NCBI RefSeq assembly: GCF_009914755.1
Contig: NC_060926.1
DNA: 64,000 nt
Source of the DNA: the human T2T-CHM13v2.0 reference genome, Homo sapiens
Strand: one strand, 5' to 3'
Shown here: one piece after another, positions 39,405 through 52,826 of the stretch
How positions within the stretch are numbered: the stretch's first letter is position 1
How the letters are laid out: each line of letters starts with the position of its first letter
Program-made: the position numbers and the translations under genes
The notes under the pieces: model-generated
What the model was told of the DNA's origin: nothing
What the model saw: only the letters and a program-made list of their open reading frames with translations
Databases searched by the model: none

Positions 39405-40722
39405 ATTTTTTTTAATTTTTATTTTCAAATATTTTATTTCTCATTCTTTTTTTTAATATACTTTAAGTTCTGGGATACACGTGCAGAATACGCAGGTTTG
39501 TTACAAAGGTATACACATGCCATGGTGTTTTGCTGCACCCTTCAACCCATCGTCTACATTAGGTATTTCTCCTAATGCTACCCCTCCCCTAGCCCCCACA
39601 CCCCTGACAGGCCCCTATGTGTGATCTTCCCCTCCGTGTGTCCATGTGTTCTCATTGTTCCACTCCTACTTATGAGTGAGAACATGCAGTGTTTGGTTCT
39701 CTGTTCCTGTGTTAGTTTGCTGAGAATGATGGTTTCCAGCTTCATCCATGTCCCTGCAAAGCACATGAACTCATCTTTTTTTATGGCTGCATAGTATTCC
39801 ACAGTGTATATGTGCCACATTTTCTTTATCCAGTATATCATTGATGGGCATTTGGGTTGGTTCCAAGGCTTTACTATAGTGAACAGCGCTGCAATACACA
39901 TACGTGTGCATATGTCTTTGTAGTAGAATGATTTATAATCCTTTGGGTATATACTCAGTAATGGGATTGTTGGGTCAAATGGCATTTCTGGTTCTAGATC
40001 TTTGAGGAATTACCACACTGTGTTCCACAATGATTGAACTAATTTACACTCCCACCAACAGTGTAAAAGCATTCCTATTTCTCCACATCCTCTCCAGCAT
40101 ATGTCGTTTCCTGACTTTTTAATGATCGCCATTCTAAATGGCATGAGATGGTATCTCGTTGTGGTTTTGATTTGCATTTCTCTAATGACCAGTGATGATG
40201 AGCTTTTTTTCATATGTTTGTTGGCTGCATAAATGTCATCTTTTGAGAAGTGTCTGTTCATATCCTTTGCCCATTTTTTTGATGGGGTTGTTTGTTTTTT
40301 TCTTGTAAATTTGTTTAAGTTATTGTAGATTCTGGATATTAGCCCTCTGTCAGAAGGATAGATTGCAAACAGTTTCTCCCATTCTGTAGGTTGCCTGTTT
40401 ACTCTGATGACAGTTTCTTTTGCTGTGCCGAAGCTCTTTAGTTTAATTAGATCCCATTTGTCAATTTTGGCTTTTGTTGCCATTGCTTTTGGTGTCATTG
40501 CTTTTGGTGTTTTAGTCATGAAGTCTTTGCCCATGCCTATGGACTGAATGGTATTGCCTAGGTTTTCTTCTAGGGTTTTTATGGTTTTAGGTCTTACATT
40601 TAAGTCTTTAATCCACCTTGAGTTAATTTTTATATAAGGTGTAAGGAAGGGGTCCAGTTTCAGTTTTCTGCATATGGCTAGCCAGTTTTCTCAACACCAC
40701 TTGTTAAATGGGGAGTCCTTTC
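39405..40722 (-). mobile_element. L1PA (L1PA6-8-like) 3' segment with poly(A) tail
   Basis: T-rich tail, 3'UTR (CTTTAAGTTCTGGGATACACGTGCAG...), and ORF2 C-terminal ORFs 39578-39985 and 40010-40534 (CWRGCGE..HCWWEC motif). Confidence 0.95.
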
Positions 40723-42284
40723 ACCACTGATACCACAAAAATACAAACTACCATCAGAGAATACTAGAGACACCTCTATGCAAATAAACTAGAAAATCTA
40801 GAAGAAACAGATAAATTCCTGGACACATACACCCTCCCAAGGCTAAACCAGGAACAAGTCAAATCCCTGAATAGACCAACAACAAGTTCTGAAATTAAGG
40901 CAGTAATTAATAGCCTACCAACCAAAAAAGGCCCAGGACCAGATGGATTCACAGCAGAATTCTAGCAGAGGTACAAAGAGGAGCTGATACCATTCCTTCT
41001 GAAACTATTCCAAACAACAGAAAAAGAGGGAATCCTCCCTAATTCATTTTATGAGGCCAGCATCATCCTGATACCAAAACGGGGCAGAGACACAACAATA
41101 AAAAGAAAATTTCAGGCCAATATCACTGATGAACATTGATGCAAAAATCCTCAATAAAATACTGGCAAACAGAATCCAGCAACACATCAAAAAGCTTATC
41201 CACCATGATCAAGTCAGCTTCATCCCTGGGACGCAAGGCTGGTTCAACATGCACAAATCAATAAATGTAATCCATCACATAAACAGAACCAATGACAAAA
41301 ACCACACGATTATCTCCATAGACGCAGAAAAGGCCTTTGATAAAATTCAACACCCCTTCATGCTAAAAACTCTCAATAAACAAGGTAATGATGAAACGTA
41401 TCTCAAAATGATAAGAGCTATTTATGACAAGCCCACAGCCAATATCACACTGAATGCACACAAACTGGAAGCATTCCCTTTGAAAACTGGCACAAGACAA
41501 GGATGCCCTCTCTCACCACTCCTATTCAACATAGTATTGCAAATTCTGGCCAGGGCACTCAGGCAAGAGAAAGAAATAAAGGGTATTCAAACAGGAAGAG
41601 AGGAACTCAAATTGTCTCTGTTTGCAGATGACATGGTTGTATATTTAGAAAACCCCATTGTCTCAGTCCAAAATCTCCTTACGCCAATAAGCAAATTCAC
41701 CAAAGTCTCAGGATACAAAATCAACTTTCAAAAAATCACAAGCAATCCTACACACCAACAATAGATGAACAGAGAGCAAAATCATGAGTGAACTCCCATT
41801 CACAACTGCTACAAGGAGAATAAAATACCTAGGAATACAACTTACAAGGAATTTGACGTACTTCTTCAAGGAGAACTACAAACCACTGCTCAAGGAAATA
41901 AGAGAGGACACAAACAAATGGAAAAACATTCCATGCTCATGGATAGGAAGAATCAATATCATGAAAATGGCCACGCTGCCCAAAGTAGTTTATAGATTCA
42001 ATGTTATCCCCATCAAGCTACCATTGACTTTCTTCACAGAATTAGAAAAAACTACTTGAAAGTTCATATGGAACCAAATAAGAGCCCATATAGCCAAGAC
42101 AACCCTAAGCAAAAAGAACAAAGCTGGAGGCATCACACTACCTGACTTCAAACTATACTACAAGGCTACAGTAATCAAAACAGCATGGTAATTGTACCAA
42201 AACAGATATATAGACCAATGGAACCGAACAGAAGCCTCAGAAATAACGCCACACATCTACAACCATCTGATCTTTGACAAACCT
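40721..42284 (+). mobile_element. Inverted 5' segment of the same L1PA (twin-priming inversion)
   Basis: Sense ORF2 RT region (ORF 41129-41764, [12 protein letters not shown]) ending CTTTGACAAACCT at the TSD. Confidence 0.95.
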
Positions 42285-42690
42285 AACAGAAATTTACTAT
42301 CTCACAGTTCTGAAGGCTGAAAGTATAAGATCAGGGTGCCAGCATGGCTGAGTCCTTGTAAGGGCTTTCTTCCTGGCTACCATCTTGTTGTGTGTCCACA
42401 TGACCTCTGCTTTGTGCACACATGCAGTGGGGGGTAGAGCAAGTTTTTGGTACCTCTTGTTAAGAGGGCACTAATCTCATCATCAGAGCCCCACACTCAT
42501 AACAGCATCTAACCCTAATCACCTCTTACTGAAGGCCCCATCTCCAAATATAATTACACTTGGGGTTAAGGACTCAACATCTGAATTTGATGGGGGGATA
42601 CAATTCAGTCCATAGCAGATGAGAAATATTGATTATATTCTGTTAAAAAATTAGGCATGTGTTCATTTCAGGGTTTGCCATCATATATGC

Positions 42691-43046
42691 TGATATGATT
42701 TGCCTGTGTTCCCACCCAAATCTCACCTTGAATTGTAATAACCCCTATGTGTCAAGGGCAGGGCCAGATGGAGATAATTGAATCATGGGGTCAGTTTCTC
42801 CCATACTGTTCTCATGGTAGTGAATAAGTCTCAAGAGATCCGATGGCTTTATAATGGGAGTTCCCCTGCACAAGCTCTCTCTTGCCTGCCACCATGTAAG
42901 ACATGTCTTGCTTTCCCTTTGCTTTCCACCATGATTGTGAGGCCTCCCCAGCCATGTGGAACTGTGAGTCAATTAAACCTCTTTTCTTTATAAATTACCC
43001 AGTCGCAGGTAAGTCTTTAGTAGCACTGTGAGAACAGACTAATACA
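42691..43046 (+). mobile_element. THE1 (THE1C-like) solo LTR
   Basis: TGATATGATTTGCCTGTGTTCCCACCCAAATCTC...GAACAGACTAATACA. TSD TATGC/TATGT. Confidence 0.94.
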
Positions 43047-44997
43047 TATGTGAATAAATTAATGAAGGAGGATGTGGGAAGGAATGAGCTAATGCTGCTA
43101 TTTCTGAACTTCATTTTCTACCATCCTTCTTATCTTGGTTTACTTAATGTAATTAAGGCAAAGGTCAAGAAGAGGCAGCTCTTTCTTCTGTCTCATGTGT
43201 CATGAACTCTCCAGTGATGATTATGGAAGATGAAGGCCTCATGTTCTCTCACACTGGAACTCTGAGACCACTTGCAGAAGAAAGGATGGCACTAGCTTAT
43301 GAATTTCTTGTGTTGTTCCTGAACGTTCCACATACTTTAGCCCTATCTGTTTCTTTCCAGATGAAGAGGCAAAAATCAGACAGTGCTGGATGAAATAAAA
43401 ACCGATTTAAATTCTCATTGCTCTCCAAACCATGGAGATGAAACTGGGTCAAACCATTTGGCCTGAAGCTGCTACTTCTGGATAAAGGGTTCAAAGGGCT
43501 GCCCTGAGGCCCATGGTTCTCCAAAGTCCTTGCAGCAATGTTTACAGACAGGAAATGGCATGACTCTGAGACAGATGGAGGACGGACTGAGTGAGGAGGG
43601 ACAGCAAAAGACAAAGATAATTTCTGCAAAAAAATTATTTTTTGCCAATCCTTTTGTCAGTGACTTTTTTTTTTTCATGTGTAAGTTTATTACTTTCTTT
43701 CCATGCAGCTCAACCACTATTCTAGCTGGGAAGAACTAGAAGGTTCCTTTAAACAAAGGAAATCACAGGAGTGGAGCTTGGAGGTACTTTGAGTTCTCTG
43801 ACACTCAAAGAAGTGAAATACCAGCACTTGGCTTTGGTTTGAAGATGCTTATGTGTTTTTGTTTTATTTTAATTTCTTATGGGGTGATGGTGGAATGAGA
43901 GGTTGAATGAAGAAGAAGAGGAAGGCAAGCACCCAGCTTACCAACTAAGCCCAGAGAATTAGAAGCCCTAAGCAGTGCCAATCCTGTTCAGTTCACCCAA
44001 GTGAGAGCCAAATAATAAAATCATGTTACACAATGCAGAAGTCAACTCAGAGCAATGAATACAGAACAAAGGTACTTTGGAATATGCCATCCTAATATTC
44101 CTGTATGCGCACTTTAGTGTTCTTAAATGTGTTTCATGTTTAATGAAAGAAACAATGACTTTCAGTGGAGGAAAAAAATAGATCTTTAAATATAATCAGG
44201 GCCTTAACCACCTACCTTAGGTAACTGAGAAAAAGCTACTGTACTCTTTATTTTTTAATACTCCAGATATGTAATTTAATGCAGGTCTAATGACAGTCTC
44301 AAACATGGGGCTTTAATCGAAATTGTTCAAGCTCAGTGCTGTGACAGGAACTCACAAGCCCCCAACAGTGCTGTCCATTTTCTCAGGTTCTTCAATAGAA
44401 AAGGAAAGAAGAAAAAAACCTCTTGAACTTATGTTGCTATTGATGTGTAATATACAATAAAAAAAAGTTAAATTTCAATTACCCACAGGTAATTATAATT
44501 TTATTGTTTGACTATACTACAGGGATTTTTGTAATTCCCAAGACTAATAATTTTCTATAATTTTACAGGTTGTCAAATAAACTATTAAAGATTATCTTTG
44601 AAAAGGTGTCTGCAATTGTAAGGACATATCATACTGTTCATGTACTGTATTAGTAATTAGAGATTCCTGGATAGTGAAAGATCTGCACTGGGAGCTTACT
44701 ACCGGGGAGCACATTTTCTCACAGCCGCCTCTAATCTCCCACGGAAGCTTTCAAACTTCTCAGGTATTCTCTTCACTGCTGCAGGATGCACGCTCCCATT
44801 TTATTAATATTCTGTAAGCAATCCCAAACAGTTTATCAAGATAAATCTCTACCTCCTGGTGGGAAGAAGTTAAAATTAGAAAGATGGGTCCCACCTATTG
44901 TTAAGGAAAAATCCCAGGACCACCTGCAGAATAGGAGGAGCTGGTTTGGAGGGAGTGAGTGGTGAGTGGAGAGTGCTGAGAGATATTGGTTAAGGGA

Positions 44998-45016
44998 TGT
45001 GTGTGTGTGTGTGTGT
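44998..45016. repeat. (GT)n microsatellite
   Basis: TGTGTGTGTGTGTGTGTGT. Confidence 0.9.
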
Positions 45017-45759
45017 CGGAGGGAGGGAGGCATTGGGACCAAGAACAGAAAGGTTTTGGGTCCAAGAGAGTTATATAGTTACTTCTACCAATAACTGTTA
45101 CACTCTATGATATCAAATTAGCTCAACGGTAAGGTTCCTTCTGAAACTTTCTGTTTTGCAAGGCAATTTATTTTTGTGATCTCTCTATATACATTGTGGA
45201 GTGTGGCCTCTGGACCTACAGAGATGAATCCTGTCCTTTTGGACTGGGTGTCAATGATCCTTTCTTAGGAAACAGACAGGTATGACTTCCTTATGGAACT
45301 CTTGTTCCTCTGTAAACATACCGAGTTGGTCTCCCTGTTTTTAAGCATATTGAACCCTCAGCCTAAATGCCTCCCCCCGCTCTTTCTGTCAAACTCCATC
45401 TCACTCTGCAAGACCAGAAGAAATGATGCCTCCTTGGAAAAAATACCATAAACTCTTCTATTTCTATTAAATACTTTCTCTTCTGGGTTCACAGAGGATT
45501 TTTTAAAATATCTTTATTATTGAGGCAGGGAGAACCATGTCAGGAACACCATATGCTAGGGAGAGCTAGGACAAAAACAATGGTAGTTACTTGATATCAA
45601 GGATAAGAAGTTGAGAATTGGAGAACAAAGATGATTTATTAGAAGACAAGGCTTTGGGGGAAAAATATTACATTATCTGATTAAATTATTGTGAATAGAT
45701 GTTTGAGGAAGGGATAAAAAGCACCATCAGGTCTTTTGGCCTGTGCCAAGCCCTACATG

Positions 45760-45915
45760 GGCCTGAGAGTACAGACATTGCATTGTCTTTTAAATCTCAG
45801 TTTCTGTCCATCTCTTCCACTAGCCTGTGAATTCCTAATGAGGAAGGATGGTTACATTCATTTTTGTTCCCCTAGCACCTTGTCCAGTAGGTAGTCATCT
45901 AATAAATGCTTACTG
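45760..45915 (+). mobile_element. L2 3' fragment
   Basis: TCTCTTCCACTAGCCTGTGAATTCC...CCCCTAGCACCT...AATAAATGCTTACTG. Confidence 0.55.
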
Positions 45916-47879
45916 TCTATAGTCTGAAATGCATAGAACTTGAGCCCTTTTCCTGGCCTTACCATAGTCTCTCTCTACAACCTGTACCAAGATTGAGCCT
46001 CAAGTTTCTATATTGTGTTGTATACACCCCATTTCCCACCCTGGAGAGACAGTAGAAACCATTCTTTACTGACACCCTAAGACTTCTACTGGTTGGGTAC
46101 TTATTGCTTGCATTTCTATAACAGGAGAGGGAAATCAGAGCTCTGCAACCAGAAATAAGTGCAAATACAACAAGGGACAGTAACTAGACAGCTCTTTCTT
46201 ACTATGGGGTAAATAGTTAACTGGAAACCTTGAAGGAGAGCCTGGTTTGATGAGACAGTAGTTTACTGGTGAGACAAAGTGGCCTGTGGGTATGGGAAAG
46301 GGATACTGAGGGAGGAAGTGGGTCATGGAAGGGAAAACAGATAAGAGATAGGTCTTGGGGTCTAAGGCATATTTTTCATCTATACATTTTGCCCAGAGTT
46401 TGCCTTGGTAAGAGGAACTGATCATAGCTTGATTTCTACGTTAAAAAAAAAGGACAAAGAAAAGTCAAAGTAAGAAGTAAGGCAATCGTTGTATTCACCT
46501 TATGAGACAACAAAGCTTTAAGAAATTTAAAGATGATTGTATAAAATATTTTTCCAAGGCCACACTGCATAGCAACAAAGTGAAAGCCAAGAATGAAATC
46601 TCTTGACTTTTAGCCCAGTGCTCTTTCTGCACTTATCTGTTTCCAGTCTTTGTGGTGATGCTTAAAAAGATACGCTGCAACCCACTAAAGAAACATTTCA
46701 CAATAAAATAATGTTGCTAAGATTCAAATGAACTAGGTCAAAAATATCAAAAATACAGTGTTTAAACAAAGACTATATTTTTTACCAATGCATAATCTCA
46801 ACATGAATTTCATTTCAACACAATGTAGTCTCCTATTGGCCACTACAAAGGTAGTATTTGTCCTTGCAGTGTAAGGGTTCTGGTAGCTTAAAATTCTAGA
46901 AGGTAGAATTATTAAACAAATAGTCCTTATTGCTCCATGTCTTACTTCTTGATAAGTCATTTTGATAACAGTTTCGTGCCCTGAGCTGAAGGCAATGTCA
47001 AGGTCAATTATTTCATTCAAGGACCCTAATTAAGACTACTTTTTTGAGGTCAGGAGAATGCATTACCTTATTTTAACAGGAAGAAGATCAAAGCTCTACC
47101 TTAAATTTTCCTGATGCAAAGCAATGCTGCTTTAACCTGGCTTGTATTAACAAGGGAGAAAAACTGTTCACTCATTTTGTAGTCCCCCTACTCTACCCCA
47201 AAGAGAGTGTTAGGCTCAATGGAAATGAAGTTTATTTAGCCATAGAGACCACCCAATTTCTGCTCTGATTGCATGTACTTAATCCTTTTTTTTAAAAGCT
47301 CTATCAGAAACTTGATTTCTATGGAATAAGCTTGTGCTAGCAAAACCAGTTTACCCAGAAACGCACAAATGAGCTGCTTAGCATACTTCTGAGATCCTGA
47401 TTCCCACAGTCCCTGTGCTGTTGTTGCTGTTGATATTGGATGGAGACTGTAAATGGAAGGTAGGCACCCCCAGATGTGCTTCCTGGAGCCCAAATAAATT
47501 CGGAGTGTTTAAAAATCAAGATATTTCCCATAAAATCTTGATTTTTGGATTCTCACAAAAGGAAACCCAAAGATCTAACATTAACCCACATTCTTGAATG
47601 GGAACCACTGGCTGGAGCCCCTTTCAGCCCCCTTCAACCCCCTTCAGGACATGGCCCCTTCAGGACATGCACTCAAATTTGCCCTGTTCCTGCTGCTCAC
47701 TGTTGCAAGGGTTACAAACTGGTCATTGTATTTCGCTTGGATTACAAATTGTTATTATTATTATTATAATATTGTAATGCCTTCAGGTAGGATTTAAATT
47801 TGGCAGTTCCACAGGTTCAATATTCCCTACTGCTCTATACCTGGCCAGATTCTCCCATTTATTTTTCCAGCCTGGCATC

Positions 47880-48381
47880 TGTAGCAGCCCTTCCTGGTGT
47901 TCTTGTCCCACGTTTCCTTAGCCCACCTGACCTCCCCTGACCATGAGTAGACAGTTTGCAGCAGCTCACAGCTCTCTACCTCAAAAGCCTACATCTCTCT
48001 GCTTTGCCAGAGGGTTTTTCCCAACACCTTTATGCTTATTTTGCAGCAAAGCATAAAGAAGAAATGCTGGGCATTAATGCCCCTGTCGTAGTTTTCTCCT
48101 AGTTGGGGAATGAGCATGGGTGGATACACACCTCGGCCTCCCAGCACCTGCAGAATGATTCTGAGGTGTGTTCCACATGGTTTCTCAGAGGGTCCCCAGT
48201 GTAATGGAGCCCCATTGCCCACAGCAGTAGTCAGCTCATTAACACATACTTTACTGGCTTTTCTCCCTTCTTGCACTTTTTACCCTTCTTCACTTGAGCT
48301 TCCTGGGATCACCTCCCAAATAAACTATATGCACCAAGTCTTTGACTCAGGTTGCTTTCAGAGGAAAACTAATCTAAGACA
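47880..48381 (+). mobile_element. LTR16-family (ERVL) solo LTR
   Basis: ATTCTGAGGTGTGTTCCACATGGTTTCTCAGAGGGTCCCCAG...CTTCCTGGGATCACCTCCCAAATAAACTA...CTAATCTAAGACA. The 5' boundary is approximate. Confidence 0.8.
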
Positions 48382-49421
48382 ATATTTACATGTATTCCAT
48401 GATGAGGCCATCCTAGTAGGTATGCACTGTGAGAATGGTTGATCAGGATTGTGAGGATCCAGGATCCATGTCACAGAAGGAAAATTGGTAGGAACTGTAC
48501 GGAAGAGACTTAAAAGAAGTCAGATAAAAATAATCAAATTTGGAGAAAATGTCCTAAAAATAGAGATACAACTAACAGGTTAGCTCCAGACGGTAAGATT
48601 AAAGCTAGTAAATTTGACCCTAGTGGATGTAGGTTGAATATAAGGACACATTTTTAAATCTTTAGAGCACACCCAAATGGAATAGGCTACTTCATACAGA
48701 GGTTCACGTTTCCTTTCAGGGATTTAAAGTAACTAAATTCCCTTCCTTTACACATGCACATGTAATCCATGTTAGTTATACACATTTGTTTAGTATCACA
48801 AACACGGGATTACATGCAGGGGAACATTGCTGTTTATCAGGTTGAGTAGCTTTTCAGATTGGGGAAGCTTTTGAGGTTGGAGAAGGAGGAAAAAAGAGAT
48901 AAAGCTGACATTTGGTAATGGGAGAAGTCTTTAGTTTCCCCACCATTATAGGGATATAATTTACCACCCCCATAAAACCTAGGAATGCCTCAAATCAAAA
49001 TGCATTTTTCTCTTCACACTAAGAATCTCTTAAGTGCGCAGGAACGCATAAGATCAGGTGAATTATCTATTATCTGAAAGATATTTATGATGTCCAAGGT
49101 GGGAGGGCACAGATTCATATCTCCTCCTTACAGGGACTCAGACACGATAGTGAGCCGGTGGGGGGGGGAAATAGCTGAAATGTATGGAAGAACAGACCCT
49201 CCTTGCCAGAGGTTACTGTGAATTCAAGTGTTTTCCACTTCTGCCCTTCTTCAAAGCTACAAAGAAATGAGGTAGTCAAATTAATGAAGTATTGTAATAG
49301 AAATGGAAAGATTAGAGTGTGCCAAAGAGTGGAATACAGTTTTGTTCTTAAGGGGCACGATAGGAAAGAAGCACTTTGATGTAAGAGACTGGCTGAAGGG
49401 GCTATTCAGCTTCAGTGTCAC

Positions 49422-49422
<1 letters not shown>

Positions 49423-49462
<40 letters not shown>
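49423..49462 (+). repeat. Pure poly(A)40 tract
   Basis: 40 consecutive A between GTGTCACC and CGAATGG. Confidence 0.97.
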
Positions 49463-49463
<1 letters not shown>

Positions 49464-51595
49464 GAATGGATTAGCATGATTTTGTTATCATTACAGATAG
49501 GATAATGCATGAGAAAATAGATATTACCAGGCTGTAATTCAATAGAAAATTTCTGATAAACGTAAGCTGCAAGAATCTAGTTCTAGCCAGGGTACATTTT
49601 GTCAGAGCCTCCTGTGAATTGAATTACAGCTCTCATAATGGCCAGCAGCCCTCCCACTTATGTTTATGGATTCCAGTCCACCCAACAAAAGTAAAAATTA
49701 AATGGAAATTCATTACAAGGGGACATAAAGGCCCTGATGTGACTTGCAAAGTGCTGGTCAATTTTCAGAGAAGGAGCAACTCCAATTGCTACTTAACTCA
49801 ATATCATGCAATGACACTTAATGCATGTTCCCAAGAAACTTAGGCCTAACTCCAAACGCCGAGATTTGTAAACCTGAGAATGAACATGGTGCTTTGAGCA
49901 TAGATACAACAAACTGCAAAGTGCCACTCACATCATTCCTCCAGCACCAAGGACTCCCTCACAGTAACACAACCACTAGGACAATTACGAGATCGGGTGT
50001 CAATCATCTGATTCTATCTCCTCAGCATGCCTTGGTGACGTCTCCAGCAGAGGGTACTCGCTTCAATCCCCATGCTGCTGTGGGTGGGCCACAACAACAG
50101 ATGACTTTTTAAATGACATGCTGTTTCCTGTTCTGCTACTTATGTAAGTTGATTTCGCTGGGATTTTCTTTTGATGATACTAATTCTGCCAAAGATAATT
50201 AGGGAACAAGGAAGTCTGCTTTTGTATTCGTGCCTTCGGTATGTACAGATTTAGCATTGGAAGGAAAATGAACTTCACTGAATGAGAAAAGGGAGGAAAC
50301 TCTATTTTAAAAGAGAAATTAATGCAGCTTAAGCTTTGGAATCACCTGCAAAAGAAAACCTTTTTATTATGATCTCTCTGGTGATATGAACATTGCTTCA
50401 TTTCTTCAGTGTTTCCTGCTCAGATACAGCCAGCCAATGATATGGGGTTGGTGTTTGTGAAAACAAATGTATTTTTCAATCATCAAAGTCTCTAAGCTGG
50501 GGGTAATGATGTCGATGGGTGTCACTCTGAATTATTAATTTTAAAATAGTGTTTCACATGTAACATATTTCCTGAAGAGAAACCCTAAATACAATAATAA
50601 TTCAACAGCCCATCCTGCTTTTTGGGTAATGTCTTACACAAAACTTTCTGATTGAACTCAAATAAGTCAGTGTTTGTCATAAGACATTCCATGTACTAAG
50701 ATGGACAGATCTTTTTTTTCTTTCAGATTTTAGGATAGAAAAAGTGGCTATAAAATATCACCCGAATGCAATGTTTTTGTGGGAAGAAATATCACAACCC
50801 ATCCCAGCAATATCTCCATTTTCTATCAATGTATACATCAGATTGAAAATTACTTGAAAATACTCTGCTTATTCTGTATATGTGCGGTGGCCCCAAATTT
50901 GCACAAGGGATATAATAGTCTATTGATTAATATTTTTAGAATTTAATTTTTATATTACCAATTAGAGATTGGAAAATTTGCCTCCTTACCTGATAGAGCC
51001 TTTGCCATAACTATTTTAATATAGCTATTTTACAGTAACATTTAACCTTCAACAGTGAATGTGACTTGTAAAATATAAAAGAATTCATTAAGTGTAGGAA
51101 GGCAGTTGTTCAATGTTGTACGGTTATAGAATTGGGATAACACAAACAAATTCTGCCCAACAGACCAGATATGATGATGTTTGACAAACTTATAGATATT
51201 GCGACTCCTCTAAGTACACACAGATAATGCCAATGAGTTTCAATGAGTATGTGGGTCTGAGAGAGAAGATGAAATTAATATGTAGACAGAGAGACTTCAG
51301 AGAAAAGCCAATTATCTTCTCGGCATACTGGCATACTTTGCATATACAAATTAAATATTATGAGTAACTGAGAATTAATTTTATACTAGAATCAATTCTG
51401 AATATTGTACTCTCACTTACCTGTTATACTAGTGGGGCATTTTTCATGACAAAAAAATTACTGAAGCTGGCTATTTCTCTAATGTTAGAGTTTCTGAAGA
51501 ACCAAGTTATATAGAAAGAAGAAGAAGGTAAAGGCTGTGAAGGAAAAAGAGAAGAAACTAACTGCAAGTAAAAAAAATGAAGGCCATATATTTGT

Positions 51596-51962
51596 TGCTA
51601 TGATCTGAATGTCTGTGTTCCCTCCTCAAAATATATGTTAAAATCCTAACCCCTAAAGTGAAGGCATTAGAAGGTGGAATCTTTGGACAGTGATTAGGTC
51701 ATGAGGGCACAACCTTCATGAATGGAATCAGTGCCCTTATAAAAGAGGACTAAGAAAGGTCCCTGGTCCCTTTCACTATGTGAAGACATAGCAAGAAGGT
51801 ACCATAATGAACAAGAAAGAAGCCCCTCATAAGACATTCAATCGGCTAGCCACCTGATCTTGAACTGACAGGTCTCCAGAACTGAGAGAAATAAATTGAT
51901 CTTGTTTATTGTGCCACTCAGTTTATGGAGTTTTCTTACAACAGCCCAAATGGATTAAGATA
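51596..51962 (+). mobile_element. MLT1A/MLT1A0 solo LTR
   Basis: TGCTATGATCTGAATGTCTGTGTTCC...GTGATTAGGTCATGAGGGC...CAGCCCAAATGGATTAAGATA. Confidence 0.88.
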
Positions 51963-52449
51963 TTGCATATGAAATTTAAAAAGCACTTTTTCTCTCCAAA
52001 ACCAGCTATTGTTCCCTTTTATATAACATTTTATACTTAAAAACAATGTCATTTTTATCTATAATTGAGTTTGAAACATATAAAATGAATATTTGTAAAC
52101 TCATTATTTGACTTAAAAACTAAAACATTAATAATGCCATTGCTTTTACATGAAGGTCTTCCTCACCTTACTCTCATCTTCCCACTATTCTGAGTTTTAT
52201 GTTCATTATTCCCTTACTTTAAAAAATTAGTCTTAGTTCACATGTGCATAATACCAAAATACTACATATTAACTATTTCTCGTTAAGCTTTATAAAAATG
52301 GTATAATACTGAATAAAGTATTTTATGGCTTGATTTGATCAGTAAATATGTTTTTAGGATTCATATTCTTGCTGGGTACAGCTATTGTTTATTCACTTTC
52401 ATTGCTTTATAATATTCCATTTTGTGTATATATCATAAATGATTTATGT

Positions 52450-52826
52450 ATCAAATTAGACTGCTAGAGCTGCCATAACAAAATACTGCAGACTGGGTTG
52501 CATAAAAAATAGAAATTTATGTTCTCAAAGTTCTGAAAGCTAGAAGTCCAAGATTAAGGTTCTGGCAGGGTTGGTTTCTAGTGAGGTTTTTTTCTTGCTA
52601 GATTTCAGAAAGCTGTCCTCGTTGTGTCCTTACATGGCCTTTCCTCTGGGCACACCCCTGGTGTCTCTCTCTTCTTATAAGAACCAGTCCTGTTGGATTA
52701 GAGCCCTACTTTTATGATCTTATTGAATTTTAATTCCTTCTTAAAGCCTCAGTCTCCAAATATAGTTACACTGAGTGACAGGGCTTCAACACATGGATTT
52801 TAGGGGACACAATTAAAGGCATAAAA
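52450..52826 (-). mobile_element. MLT1A-type solo LTR
   Basis: GCTGCCATAACAAAATACTGCAGACTGGGT...AGTTCTGAAAGCTAGAAGTCCAAGAT...AGGGGACACAATT. Confidence 0.85.

Larger units (their letters stand above)
39340..42617 (-). mobile_element. MLT1A/MSTD-type MaLR LTR split by the L1PA insertion (pieces ~39340-39405 and 42284-42617)
   Basis: AAAATACTACAGACTGGGTAACCTAAATAACAGAAA | TAACAGAAATTTACTATCTCACAGTTCTGAAGGCTG...CAATTCAGTCCATAGCA. Confidence 0.8.

Noticed and set aside
41129-41764. 211-aa reverse transcriptase ORF as an active RT, retron or novel RT system
   Set aside because: It is a standard L1 ORF2 fragment bounded by frameshifts and stops, in a 5'-truncated inverted copy with no promoter or ORF1.
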